Shown here one piece after another: positions 7,938-16,637 of a DNA stretch of 40,773 bases (positions are counted from its first letter, which is position 1; each line of letters starts with the position of its first letter). The notes under the pieces are model-generated. The model saw only the letters and a list, made by a program, of their open reading frames with translations, was not told where the DNA came from and searched no databases. The DNA lies in assembly GCA_964532865.1 (NCBI GenBank), contig CAZHJA010000001.1:1-40773 (forward strand), given 5' to 3'. The position numbers and the translations under genes were made by a program. The stretch comes from an uncultured Gammaproteobacteria bacterium (lineage in GTDB: Bacteria > Patescibacteriota > Microgenomatia > UBA1406 > GWC2-37-13).

Positions 7938-8414
7938 ATGTATATGCCTAAAGTATTTAATAGACCTTCATGGGATGAATACTTCATTCAAATAGCACAT
8001 GTAGTTAAAAAAAGAGGAAATTGTATAAGAAGAAAAGTGGGCGCTTTAATAGTAAAAGACAAACAAATTATTGCAACAGGATATAATGGAACTCCTACTG
8101 GAATAAAAAATTGTTTTGAAGGAGGATGTGAAAGATGTATGAAAAGAGAAAAAGGAATATTAAAATCAGGGGAAGAAAAAGGAAAATGCATTTGTATATG
8201 TGCAGAACAAAATGCACTTCTTCAAGCAGCACGCCATGGTACATCAACAAATAACGCAACAATGTATATTACTGATTCACCGTGTCTGTCTTGTTGTAAA
8301 ATGATAATTAATTCTGGAATAAGTAAGGTTATTGCTGAAAATATTCATCATGATACTGCAGGATTAAATCTTTTAAAAAAAGCAGGAATTGAATTAAAAA
8401 TATTAAAAAGGTAA
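7938..8414 (+). CDS. dCMP/cytidylate deaminase family protein
   Basis: It has RPSWDEYF near the N-terminus, GYNGTPTG, a zinc motif CAEQNA and PCLSCCKMI. The start is uncertain: ATGs at 7893, 7926, 7938 and 7944 are all in frame. Confidence 0.8.
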   Translation: MYMPKVFNRPSWDEYFIQIAHVVKKRGNCIRRKVGALIVKDKQIIATGYNGTPTGIKNCFEGGCERCMKREKGILKSGEEKGKCICICAEQNALLQAARHGTSTNNATMYITDSPCLSCCKMIINSGISKVIAENIHHDTAGLNLLKKAGIELKILKR

Positions 8415-8984
8415 AGTAAGCGGAACATTATTATTTTCATTTTCTCTTTCCAAATATTTCTTCCAATTAACGGGAATTGGTGTTTTCCCATGTTCTGTAA
8501 GATAAAAGATTTCTAGGTTTTCTACTCCATATTCAAATAGCTCTTTTGTAAGTAGAGTGTCATCTAAACAATATTTCTTTAGCTTATCCCATTCTCCATT
8601 TTTATAATACTCAATTGCCAGCAGTCCATGACCAGTTTTTTGTTTCCCAAGTGTTGCAGTAATACAATCATTTAATGATACTCTTCTTCCTATCTTCTCT
8701 TTAATGTCCGCCAATATATCAAATTGAGAAAAGCTAGATATCTTTCCAGGATAATATGCCTGCAAAACAGGAAGGTCAAAACTTATACTATTATATCCAA
8801 TAATATATGAGCTGTTTTCTAATATTGGAAACAGATTATTTAGTTCTTTTTCAGTAAAAACCTTAGATTTATGCTCTTTATAATCATAAATTGCAACAAC
8901 TGAAATACCTAATTTCTCAGGATCTTTGTATTCTCGAAAAGTATGTTTAGTCTCCAAATCCAAAACTACTGGGTACTTTTTCAT
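8403..8984 (-). CDS. DEDD/RNase-H-fold 3'-5' exonuclease-like protein (PolB-exonuclease-related type)
   Basis: Motifs VVLDLET, GYNSISFDLPVL and YCLDDTLLTKELF match the acidic exonuclease motif pattern. Confidence 0.6.
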   Translation of the reverse strand: MKKYPVVLDLETKHTFREYKDPEKLGISVVAIYDYKEHKSKVFTEKELNNLFPILENSSYIIGYNSISFDLPVLQAYYPGKISSFSQFDILADIKEKIGRRVSLNDCITATLGKQKTGHGLLAIEYYKNGEWDKLKKYCLDDTLLTKELFEYGVENLEIFYLTEHGKTPIPVNWKKYLERENENNNVPLTLPF

Positions 8985-8989
8985 AAAGT

Positions 8990-9391
8990 CTAATTTATGA
9001 TTTTTTTCTTAGGATGTTCTCTTATTATCTCCATAGAAGTAACTGAATCTTTTTTTGAAAAATATCCATCCTTTAAATTAATCTTATTCAACTGCTGTTG
9101 AAAACGCATATGAATATTATGAAATGCATTTATTACAATGTCTTTTTGTTTTTTAGGAGTTTTATTTATTTCTCTTTGAAAAAAGTCATCAAGCTTTCCT
9201 AATTTCCATAGTATCTCAATAAACCTGCTGTCATTTATGTGAATTAATGAAAAATCTCCCTTTAACGGCCTCATTTTATAATTCATCATTCTTACTTCTT
9301 TAGTCATAGCCTCTTTAGAAGGTTTGTTATTTAAAATAGAATTTAACTTTGAAAGCATTTCAACAATATCTTTACTATTGTCTTTCTTCAT
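8990..9391 (-). CDS. Hypothetical protein
   Basis: 133-aa ORF with no recognisable motif. It fills the gap between flanking genes. Confidence 0.4.
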   Translation of the reverse strand: MKKDNSKDIVEMLSKLNSILNNKPSKEAMTKEVRMMNYKMRPLKGDFSLIHINDSRFIEILWKLGKLDDFFQREINKTPKKQKDIVINAFHNIHMRFQQQLNKINLKDGYFSKKDSVTSMEIIREHPKKKIIN

Positions 9392-9407
9392 AGGTTATAA
9401 TTATGGA

Positions 9408-9845
9408 ATGTTAAAGCAAAAATTGCAAGCGGAATATTTACAATCACTTAAAGCTGGCGACAAAGATAAGGTACAAATATTAAGATATTTTTTGGCTAAA
9501 GTAAAAAATGAGGAGATTGACAAGGGAGAGGACCTAACAGATGAGGAAGTTATTTCTCTTCTTAAAAAACAAAAAAAGGAACTACTTGAGTCAATAGAAT
9601 CTTTTGAAAAAGGAAAGCGGAAAGATTTGGAAATTGAAAGCAAAAAACAATTAGAAATAATACTGGAATTTATCCCTCCTGAAATATCTGATGAAGAATT
9701 AAACCAAGAAATTGAAAAAATAATAGAGGATAATAAAGATATTTTTAATAAAAATCCAAAGATACTTATTGGAATATGTATAAAGGCTTTAAAATCAAAA
9801 GCAGAAAGTTCAAGAATAATAAAAATCTTAAAACAAAAATCTTAA
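9408..9845 (+). CDS. yqeY: GatB/YqeY domain protein
   Basis: MLKQKLQAEYLQSLKAGDKDKVQILRYFLAKVKNEEID...LTDEEVISLLKKQKKELLESIESFEKGKRKDL...EFIPPEISDEEL follows the YqeY pattern. The ATG at 9408 avoids overlap with the divergent gene. Confidence 0.75.
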   Translation: MLKQKLQAEYLQSLKAGDKDKVQILRYFLAKVKNEEIDKGEDLTDEEVISLLKKQKKELLESIESFEKGKRKDLEIESKKQLEIILEFIPPEISDEELNQEIEKIIEDNKDIFNKNPKILIGICIKALKSKAESSRIIKILKQKS

Positions 9846-9885
9846 AAAAATCTTGCTTCTTGGTCTTTTGATATAATTTATATAT

Positions 9886-10230
9886 ATGAAGATAATAAAG
9901 AAAATTGCCTTTATACTTCTTCTTGTTTTCTGTGCTTCAACTTTAATAAAATCTTTTCTTGATTACCGAAATAAAATAAGTTTTTATGAAGATTATAGGC
10001 AAAAATATGAAAAGGAAAAGGAAATAAATAATTCTTTAAAAGCACAAGTTATTAAAAACAAAGATTTAAACCAAATAGAAAAAACAATACGAGACAATTT
10101 AAATCTTAGTAAAAATAATGAGGTAATAATAATTATTCCTAGTCCTACTCCAGTTATTAATCAGATAACTCCTGCCTCTCTTCCAAATTGGAAGCAATGG
10201 ATACGGGTTTTTGTAAAGGCTGAAATTTGA
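9886..10230 (+). CDS. Septum formation initiator (FtsB/DivIC)-like protein
   Basis: An N-terminal TM segment is followed by a coiled coil and the DLNQIEKTIRDNLNLSKNNEVIIIIP motif typical of the DivIC/FtsB C-terminus. Confidence 0.6.
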   Translation: MKIIKKIAFILLLVFCASTLIKSFLDYRNKISFYEDYRQKYEKEKEINNSLKAQVIKNKDLNQIEKTIRDNLNLSKNNEVIIIIPSPTPVINQITPASLPNWKQWIRVFVKAEI

Positions 10231-10266
10231 TATTTTCATTTTTTTTTAGTACAATTAAGCATAATT

Positions 10267-10336
10267 TACGGGGTAGTGTACGGCCGCACAGGAGGCTCAT
10301 AATCTCCTAGACAAAGTTCGACTCTTTGCCCCGTAA
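10267..10336 (+). tRNA. tRNA-Met(CAT): tRNA with CAT anticodon (elongator Met or lysidine-modified Ile2; not initiator-like)
   Basis: Manual fold: acceptor TACGGGG/CCCCGTA, D arm GTGT-ACGGCC-GCAC, anticodon arm GGAGG-CTCATAA-TCTCC, T arm CAAAG-TTCGACT-CTTTG. It has no 1-72 mismatch and no three-GC anticodon stem. Confidence 0.75.
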
Positions 10337-10374
10337 CAAAATTTTTTGAAAATAAGCTATTATTATTTAAACAC

Positions 10375-11304
10375 ATGAATACTTTTTTACTTTCCGTAGT
10401 AATTCCTGTTTTCAACGAAGAAAAAAATATAGATCCTCTTTTTAAGAGATTGCTTCCAATTATTCAAAAATATAATTATGAAATAATCTTTGTAGATGAT
10501 GGATCAAATGACGATACTTCCAAAGAAATAAAAATCCAAGCCAAGAATAATAACTGCATTAAGCTTATTACTTTTCTTAGAAACTTTGGTCATCAAATGG
10601 CTCTTACATGCGCGTACACATATGCAAAGGGAGACTGCATATTATCTCTTGATTCAGATCTGCAAGACCCTCCAGAAATTATTCCTGAAATGATAGAAAA
10701 ATGGAAAGATGGAAAGCAAGTTGTCTATGCAAAACGTAAAAAAAGAAATGTTGATGGTTTTTTTAAAAAAAAAACTGCGTGCCTTTTTTACAAATTCATA
10801 AATATGTTATCTGATACCCCTATTCCTAAAGATGTAGGAGACTACAGACTTCTTGATAAAAAAGTCGTATTTTTTTTAAATAAATTACCGGAACACTCAA
10901 GATTTTTAAGAGGACTTGTCTCATGGGGAGGATTTTCAACAGATTATGTAACTTTTGAACGTGAAAAAAGACACTCTGGAGAAACACATTATACGTTTTC
11001 AAAAATGCTAAACTTTGCATTAGAAGGAATAACCTCATTTTCAATAAAGCCTTTAAGGCTTGCGATATTTTTTGGATTTACAACAGGACTTATTGGCTTT
11101 TTGGGAATAATATATGCAATAATTGGAAAATTCTTTTATTCACAGAACTTTATTGTAGGGTGGACAGGTCTTTTTGTAGGTATTATGTTTATTGGTGGCG
11201 TACAGCTTATTACTATTGGAATTATTGGTGAATATATTGGGAAAATTTATAAAGAAATTCAAAACAGACCAAAATATCTCATTAAAGAAAAAATGCATAT
11301 ATGA
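10375..11304 (+). CDS. Family 2 glycosyltransferase, polyprenyl-phosphate sugar transferase type (DPM1/ArnC/GtrB-like)
   Basis: It has VVIPVFNEE, FVDDGSNDDT and SLDSDLQDPPE motifs and two C-terminal TM helices. Confidence 0.85.
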   Translation: MNTFLLSVVIPVFNEEKNIDPLFKRLLPIIQKYNYEIIFVDDGSNDDTSKEIKIQAKNNNCIKLITFLRNFGHQMALTCAYTYAKGDCILSLDSDLQDPPEIIPEMIEKWKDGKQVVYAKRKKRNVDGFFKKKTACLFYKFINMLSDTPIPKDVGDYRLLDKKVVFFLNKLPEHSRFLRGLVSWGGFSTDYVTFEREKRHSGETHYTFSKMLNFALEGITSFSIKPLRLAIFFGFTTGLIGFLGIIYAIIGKFFYSQNFIVGWTGLFVGIMFIGGVQLITIGIIGEYIGKIYKEIQNRPKYLIKEKMHI

Positions 11305-11453
11305 AGAAAGTTATTTTTCTAATATTTTTTTCTCTTTTAGTCGCGATTATAATCTTTATTATCTACCAAAGAATACAAGAAAAAAACCGTTTTGTCTCTC
11401 CTATTCCTGAACAAAAAGGAATAAAAGTTATAATTGTAACACCGTCAAAATAA
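11301..11453 (+). CDS. Small single-TM protein (50 aa), translationally coupled to the GT2 gene; not in the supplied track
   Basis: My own translation is MKKVIFLIFFSLLVAIIIFIIYQRIQEKNRFVSPIPEQKGIKVIIVTPSK. Its ATG overlaps the GT2 stop (ATATGA). Confidence 0.4.
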   Translation: MKKVIFLIFFSLLVAIIIFIIYQRIQEKNRFVSPIPEQKGIKVIIVTPSK

Positions 11454-11465
11454 AAGAATAAAGCC

Positions 11466-11840
11466 TTAAGGAGTACTTCCTAAATTAAGTTTAAATATGC
11501 TTCCCTCTCCTCCTAAAAACAATACATCAATAATACTTAAAATAAGATATGAGCAGAGAAATAAGATAAATCCAATAATGGCAAATTTCAGTGTCCCTTG
11601 TGCTTTTTTAATTTTTTCAGGATCCCCAAAAGAAGTAAGATAATAAAATCCTCCAATAATAAGCATGATAAATAAAACAAGAATAATAAGTGCAGATGCT
11701 GCAAAAAGAATATTTCCAAAAACAATTTCTAAACACTGCAAAGTAGGAACTCCGTCTACTATACAGCTACTAGTACCAGCTGTGGCAGTATCCCAGTCTT
11801 GTATTTGTGCATTAACTACGAAGTTTGAAAATAATTTCAT
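11466..11840 (-). CDS. VirB2/TrbC-like (T4SS pilin-like) membrane protein, paralogue 2
   Basis: It has a short leader ending VNAQ, two TM helices, and the loop motif SFGDPEKIKKAQ between them. The architecture matches the neighbouring paralogue. Confidence 0.55.
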   Translation of the reverse strand: MKLFSNFVVNAQIQDWDTATAGTSSCIVDGVPTLQCLEIVFGNILFAASALIILVLFIMLIIGGFYYLTSFGDPEKIKKAQGTLKFAIIGFILFLCSYLILSIIDVLFLGGEGSIFKLNLGSTP

Positions 11841-11871
11841 TTTAAAAAGAAAGAATTATTTATTTTTAAGG

Positions 11872-12258
11872 TTATTCTTGTAACAAAGTACCAAACTGTG
11901 TTATATCTATTGGACAGGTAAATCCTAAACAAATTTTTTCTGCAAAAACAACCTGTTCAAGAACTGCAACCAAAGATACAACCGCAACTAATACTATTAA
12001 GCCAACAACGGCAGCTTGAATTTTTTTCTGAGCAGCTTCTACTTTTTCTTTATCTCCTGATGACGTAACCCATGAAAGAGCGCCTAATATTAAAAATATC
12101 AATGCTGCTAAGCCTGCAATAAAGAAAAAGAACCTTACAAGAAAAGTTACTATTTGTTGAAAAGTAGGAATGCCAAGTTCATCTATGATTCCTTGTGCAT
12201 AAACATCTTTAACTAATAATGAATTTACTGCTTGAAAGAAAGAGTTTAGTAATTTCAT
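11872..12258 (-). CDS. VirB2/TrbC-like (T4SS pilin-like) membrane protein, paralogue 1
   Basis: It has a leader ending VYAQ and a first TM helix. Then come SSGDKEKVEAAQKKIQAAVVGLIVL and a second TM helix. This is the pattern I associate with the CPR T4SS_pilin family. Confidence 0.6.
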   Translation of the reverse strand: MKLLNSFFQAVNSLLVKDVYAQGIIDELGIPTFQQIVTFLVRFFFFIAGLAALIFLILGALSWVTSSGDKEKVEAAQKKIQAAVVGLIVLVAVVSLVAVLEQVVFAEKICLGFTCPIDITQFGTLLQE

Positions 12259-12319
12259 ATCTTCTTATTCTAAAGTAATAATTGGCTATTTGTCAATAGG
12301 AAAAGGAAGAGTCAATAAT

Positions 12320-12345
12320 TAGCTTGATATATCAAGCTCCTTTTT
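12320..12345. promoter_or_regulatory. Perfect 18-nt palindrome followed by a T6 run in the divergent intergenic region (candidate operator or orphan terminator)
   Basis: agcttgatatatcaagct occupies 12320-12337, followed by cc and tttttt (12340-12345). It lies between the pilin-like genes (minus strand) and the surface protein genes (plus strand). Confidence 0.35.
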
Positions 12346-12420
12346 TGCCTTATTTTAATATAATAATGTAAATAGTATTAATAATTGAAAATTTGTTTAG
12401 ATTACCCTATATTATTATAT

Positions 12421-13011
12421 ATGCATAAAAAGAATTCCGTGTTAATGGTAATTATGATATTCTTTCTTCTTTTTGTATTTTCAAAGAATATATTTGCCAC
12501 AACCTATGATCTTTATTTACCTGAAGGACCATATAATCGTGGTGATGAATTTCAATTAACAATAAGTGTAGACACTGAAGGAAATTCAATTGAATCTGCT
12601 GAGATAGGATCAACATATGATACAGAGTTTCTGGAATTTTTAACAGTAACTCCTGGAGATACATTTTCAACTGTTACCGCAACGCCTCTTGGAGGAGGTG
12701 AATTAATGATTTCTGCGTCAAACACATCAGGATTTTCAGGCCAAGGTACATTTGCATATATTAATTTTAAAATAATTGCTTCTGCTCCTGGTGCAACAGA
12801 AATATGTACCCTTTGGGAGCCTTCTCCAACAACACCTCCAGGTCAACCAACAACACAACCAAGAACACCTCCAGGTCAACCAACAACGCCTCCTCAGCCA
12901 ACGCCTGGAAATGAAAAGCCATTTCTATATATAGCTATTGGAGGATTACTCTTTGTTCTTACTGCCTCAGGTGCGTTTGCTTTTTTAAATTCAAAAAGGA
13001 ATAATTCTTAA
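12421..13011 (+). CDS. Secreted cohesin-like domain protein with a P/T-rich stalk and a C-terminal TM anchor
   Basis: A signal peptide (MHKKNSVLMVIMIFFLLFVFSKNIFA) is followed by a beta-rich domain with FQLTISVDT...AEIGSTYDTEFLEFL...GTFAYINFKIIA, a cohesin-like pattern. The PPGQPTT repeats, a hydrophobic helix and the basic tail NSKRNNS come next. I prefer the ATG at 12421 over the track's TTG at 12385. Confidence 0.5.
   Translation: MHKKNSVLMVIMIFFLLFVFSKNIFATTYDLYLPEGPYNRGDEFQLTISVDTEGNSIESAEIGSTYDTEFLEFLTVTPGDTFSTVTATPLGGGELMISASNTSGFSGQGTFAYINFKIIASAPGATEICTLWEPSPTTPPGQPTTQPRTPPGQPTTPPQPTPGNEKPFLYIAIGGLLFVLTASGAFAFLNSKRNNS
12832..12887. repeat. Two perfect 23-nt direct repeats with a 33-nt period, encoding the TPPGQPTT stalk
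   Basis: acacctccaggtcaaccaacaac occurs at 12832-12854 and again at 12865-12887. Confidence 0.85.
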
Positions 13012-13092
13012 TAAGTTTTAAAAAAAATCATTTAATATCCCAAATTATTATATATAATGAAATATATATAAAGATAAATTAAAACATATCAA

Positions 13093-15792
13093 ATGAAAAG
13101 AATTATTATTCTTACAAGTATCGCTGTTATTGTATTATTGTCGTTTTTCTCCTTTATTCCAAAAAATGTATTATCCCAAACGCCAGATACATCTCCATAT
13201 ATACCATGTAATCCATGGATAAATGATGATGAAGGATATCTTGATTCAACAGAACATCAGTGTCCTATAGGTTCACCGTTAGAAAACTGCGCCTCATCTT
13301 ATGAAGAATGGAAAAAAAACCCATATATGGATTTTTGGGTTGCTGACCCAGAAGTAACGGCATTAGGAAAAGGAGGACAACGCTCATTACAATTTCTATA
13401 TTGGAACCTTACACACAGTTCTATTGTAACTCCGGTTTTATCTCAAATCTGGTCTACCTCACGAATGGTTGCAATAATTCTTCTTACTATTGTAGTTGCA
13501 ATAATTGGCGTTGGGATAATCGTTGGAAAAAAATATAGTTTTGGATTTAAAATTGATGTCTCTTCCTATCTTATTAAGCTTATCCTTTCCGTTCTATATA
13601 TATTCTTTTCTTTTCTAATTGTTGTTACTTTAATTGAGATTTCAGAATATATTATGAAGTTTTTTACTGAGACCTTAGGAGTAATGGATTTATTTAATAT
13701 TCATTTCATTCCAACTACTGATTCTGATAAAGTTCTTAAAACTTCTGAGAAGGGGTATACAATATTTCGCGGATGCTCTAATCTTAATATTGACGCTGTA
13801 GAATCAGTAAAAACATCTAAATTTCTTGTAAATATTACCAACCTTACATATTATCTTTTAGGAATTATGCTTATTTTAAGAAAAGTAATTCTTTGGTTTT
13901 TGCTGTTTGTTTCTCCATTTTTAGCAATATTAATGCAGTTTACCTTTATCCGAAACATTGGATGGATATGGATAGGAGTATTTTTTCAATGGCTAATGTA
14001 TGGACCATTATTCTCTCTGTTTTTGGGAGCTGTTTCAAAAATATGGAACTCAGTAAATCATATCCCATATATTTTTGACTTTACAAGAGCTAAGGTTCAA
14101 GAAACTCTTTATCCTACCGCTACAAACCTGACCTACGGAGGCCCTGCTCAAACTTTAGGTTTTGGAAACACTTCAAGCTATATAGACACACTTGCAGAAT
14201 ACATAATTTCTCTTATTATGCTGTGGGCAGTTGTATTTTTTCCATGGTGGCTTCTTAGAATATTTAGAGACTATTGCTGTGATGGAATATATGCTATGAA
14301 AAATATTCTTCTTTCAATGTACGATCAGGCAAGGTCTAATAAGCCACCTCCAACTCCCCCAGGATTATCACAAACACCTCATACTCCAAGCACAACAGGA
14401 ACTGCTATGAAAATACCAACTGAACAAGCAGTTACAGCAAAGGTTAAATTAGAAACAGTTCAGGAAATAAAACAAGCAAGAACAGAAGAAATTAGAAAAT
14501 CAATGGATCTTTCAGTTAATAAACTTACTGATATTGCAAGAGTTGAAACAAATAAAACAACTAATGAAACAGTAAAAAGAAATCTTGAAAATTTGGCCAA
14601 TCCAACAAAAGCAAGCACCCCTCAAGAAAGACAGAAGTTTATGAATATAAGGACGGAATTGTTTAATAGAGCAATTAAAAAAGATGTTGCAGCAAAACAA
14701 ATGCTGTCATCAATTTCTTCATCTAAAACAGAACAAATTCAAAAAAGAGATGAAATAATAAAAACCATACCACAAGTTCAAAGGCAACCTGTTACTAATA
14801 TTATCTCTATAAAAGTAAAAATTCCAACAGAAAAAGTTTCATCTATAAGCAGTTCTCTTCTTAATAATATATCGACAAATAACAATATTATAAATTCAGT
14901 TTCTCAAACATCAGGCGCTCCTCCACAACAAATACAGCAAGTATTAATGGCTTTTAAACGTAATATTGAAAATAACGAAAAACCTGAAAAAATAATTGAA
15001 AATGTTTCAAAAAAAACAAATGTACAAAAAGAAAATATAATTAAAATACTGCAGGCTGCTTCAAAGACCGTAAAGGAAAATGAAGCAGTAAAGCAAGAAA
15101 TTGCCAAGCAAGAAAATATTAATCCTGAACAGGTTGAAAAAGTACTAAAAGAACAAGTGTCAGTCGCAATTTTACCAGGACAAAACATTGAACAGACAAT
15201 TTCAATTCCTCCAACAGTTTCAATACAGGATTATGAAGAAGTAAAAAAAATGTGGGTAAAACAATACGAAAAAGGAGAGGTGCCTGTTACAGAAAATATT
15301 AAAACAAGAGAAGAATGGGTTGATACAGACATTATATTTGTTACAAATACACTTAATAAGCTTGTAGCAACTGATAATACTTTAAAACAAGAGGGAATAG
15401 ATGATCTTGGCTATATACTTCCAGTATTTATGATAAATAATCTTAAAGGAGAAGAGATTGTTGTATATCTTAAGGCAAAAATAGAAGCTGCAAAAACAAT
15501 AAAAGCTCAAATTGAAAAGGAAAAAGAAATTACAAACAAACTAAAAGATGCATCAAAAGAAGAAGAATTTGTTGATATAAAAAAGCAAACAAAAGAAACA
15601 CCAAAAACAATGGAAATGAAAAGAGAGATGAAAATAGAAGATGATAAAAAAGATAATAAAGGAACACAAAACCCCAACCAACAAGACATAATATCAGACA
15701 TTCAAAAACAACATGATAATAAGCAAGAAAATAATAAAGTTCAAACAAATCCTCAAGAAAATAAGGACGAAGGAAGCCAAAGCGTGGTATAA
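13093..15792 (+). CDS. Large polytopic membrane protein (VirB6/TrbL-like architecture) with a ~480-aa low-complexity K/E/Q/N-rich C-terminal tail
   Basis: A signal peptide and a Cys-containing N-terminal domain are followed by at least five hydrophobic helices (aa ~125-400). A proline patch (KPPPTPPGLSQTPHTPS) and a long charged tail come next. The VirB6 call rests on architecture and the pilin-like neighbours, not on motif identity. Confidence 0.45.
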   Translation: MKRIIILTSIAVIVLLSFFSFIPKNVLSQTPDTSPYIPCNPWINDDEGYLDSTEHQCPIGSPLENCASSYEEWKKNPYMDFWVADPEVTALGKGGQRSLQFLYWNLTHSSIVTPVLSQIWSTSRMVAIILLTIVVAIIGVGIIVGKKYSFGFKIDVSSYLIKLILSVLYIFFSFLIVVTLIEISEYIMKFFTETLGVMDLFNIHFIPTTDSDKVLKTSEKGYTIFRGCSNLNIDAVESVKTSKFLVNITNLTYYLLGIMLILRKVILWFLLFVSPFLAILMQFTFIRNIGWIWIGVFFQWLMYGPLFSLFLGAVSKIWNSVNHIPYIFDFTRAKVQETLYPTATNLTYGGPAQTLGFGNTSSYIDTLAEYIISLIMLWAVVFFPWWLLRIFRDYCCDGIYAMKNILLSMYDQARSNKPPPTPPGLSQTPHTPSTTGTAMKIPTEQAVTAKVKLETVQEIKQARTEEIRKSMDLSVNKLTDIARVETNKTTNETVKRNLENLANPTKASTPQERQKFMNIRTELFNRAIKKDVAAKQMLSSISSSKTEQIQKRDEIIKTIPQVQRQPVTNIISIKVKIPTEKVSSISSSLLNNISTNNNIINSVSQTSGAPPQQIQQVLMAFKRNIENNEKPEKIIENVSKKTNVQKENIIKILQAASKTVKENEAVKQEIAKQENINPEQVEKVLKEQVSVAILPGQNIEQTISIPPTVSIQDYEEVKKMWVKQYEKGEVPVTENIKTREEWVDTDIIFVTNTLNKLVATDNTLKQEGIDDLGYILPVFMINNLKGEEIVVYLKAKIEAAKTIKAQIEKEKEITNKLKDASKEEEFVDIKKQTKETPKTMEMKREMKIEDDKKDNKGTQNPNQQDIISDIQKQHDNKQENNKVQTNPQENKDEGSQSVV

Positions 15793-15801
15793 TAACCTTC
15801 A

Positions 15802-16347
15802 ATGAATTATTACAAAATAAAACAGATAATTGCTAAAGTAGATAAAAAAGATAATATTATTGGAAAAGTTGACAAACTAAATGCACATAAGAAAGGAGTT
15901 TTTCATCGAGGATACACTATTTGTCTCACTTTCCAAAATCAAATAATTCTTCAACACAGGAAACATCCTGCATTTGATGGATATTTTGATTTTACATGCT
16001 CGTCTCATCAAATATATGAAAAGAATACACTTCAAGATAATAATACATCCATATACAAAGCCTTAAAAAGAGAATGGAATATTTCAAAAAAAGATTTGTT
16101 AAATAAACCAAGGCTTGTTGGATATGTAATTTATAAGGCAAAAGATGACAAAAGCAAACTTATTGAAAATGAATTATGCTATTTCTTTACGGCAAAAATA
16201 AAAAGAATACCCTATCCAAATATGGATTATGCATATGGATTTTCTCTTATTAAAAAAAGTTCATTAAACAAAAACAATAAAATCTATACTCTCCTTGCCC
16301 CATGGGCAAAGAAAATAATTGAAAAAGAAATGTTAGAAACAATATAA
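15802..16347 (+). CDS. idi: Type 1 isopentenyl-diphosphate isomerase-like Nudix-fold protein
   Basis: It aligns by eye to E. coli Idi. NAHKKGVFHRGYT matches AAHTADTRLHLAFS, FTCSSHQ matches NSVCGHP (catalytic Cys), IENELCYFFTAK matches VENEVCPVFAAR (catalytic Glu), and LAPWAKK matches FSPWMV. Confidence 0.6.
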   Translation: MNYYKIKQIIAKVDKKDNIIGKVDKLNAHKKGVFHRGYTICLTFQNQIILQHRKHPAFDGYFDFTCSSHQIYEKNTLQDNNTSIYKALKREWNISKKDLLNKPRLVGYVIYKAKDDKSKLIENELCYFFTAKIKRIPYPNMDYAYGFSLIKKSSLNKNNKIYTLLAPWAKKIIEKEMLETI

Positions 16348-16402
16348 TATTGAAAATAATAAAAAGATATTTATAATAGCTTATATTAAGCTAAATACTT
16401 AT

Positions 16403-16612
16403 ATGAGCAATCAAACAATAGAATCAGGTCAAAGAACTATTGCTACAAGACAAATAAGCATGCTTATGGAAGAACAAATGGATATTCCTAAAGAACTCTT
16501 TGACATATATGGGGATGCCTTAGTGCGCCTTATTGTAATAAATCCTTTTGATGGAAAAGAAGTATCAGATACTTTATATGACCCAAAAGATTATACCCCA
16601 ACAGATCAATAA
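16403..16612 (+). CDS. Hypothetical small acidic protein
   Basis: 69-aa ORF with no recognisable motif. Confidence 0.35.
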   Translation: MSNQTIESGQRTIATRQISMLMEEQMDIPKELFDIYGDALVRLIVINPFDGKEVSDTLYDPKDYTPTDQ

Positions 16613-16637
16613 AGAATGTGAACAAGCTAGGAAGATT

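Noticed and set aside
9324-9407. An upstream extension of the YqeY ORF, plus the antisense ORF 9401-9643.
   Set aside because: The extension overlaps the divergent gene's 5' end and translates to a hydrophobic junk peptide. The YqeY family starts at MLKQKL (9408).
14512-15802. Four minus-strand ORFs (14512-14700, 14904-15188, 15507-15701, 15530-15802).
   Set aside because: They are antisense shadows of the low-complexity K/E/Q-rich tail of the 899-aa gene. Their Phe/Ser/Cys/Leu-rich translations are typical of reverse-complemented AAR/GAA-rich coding sequence.
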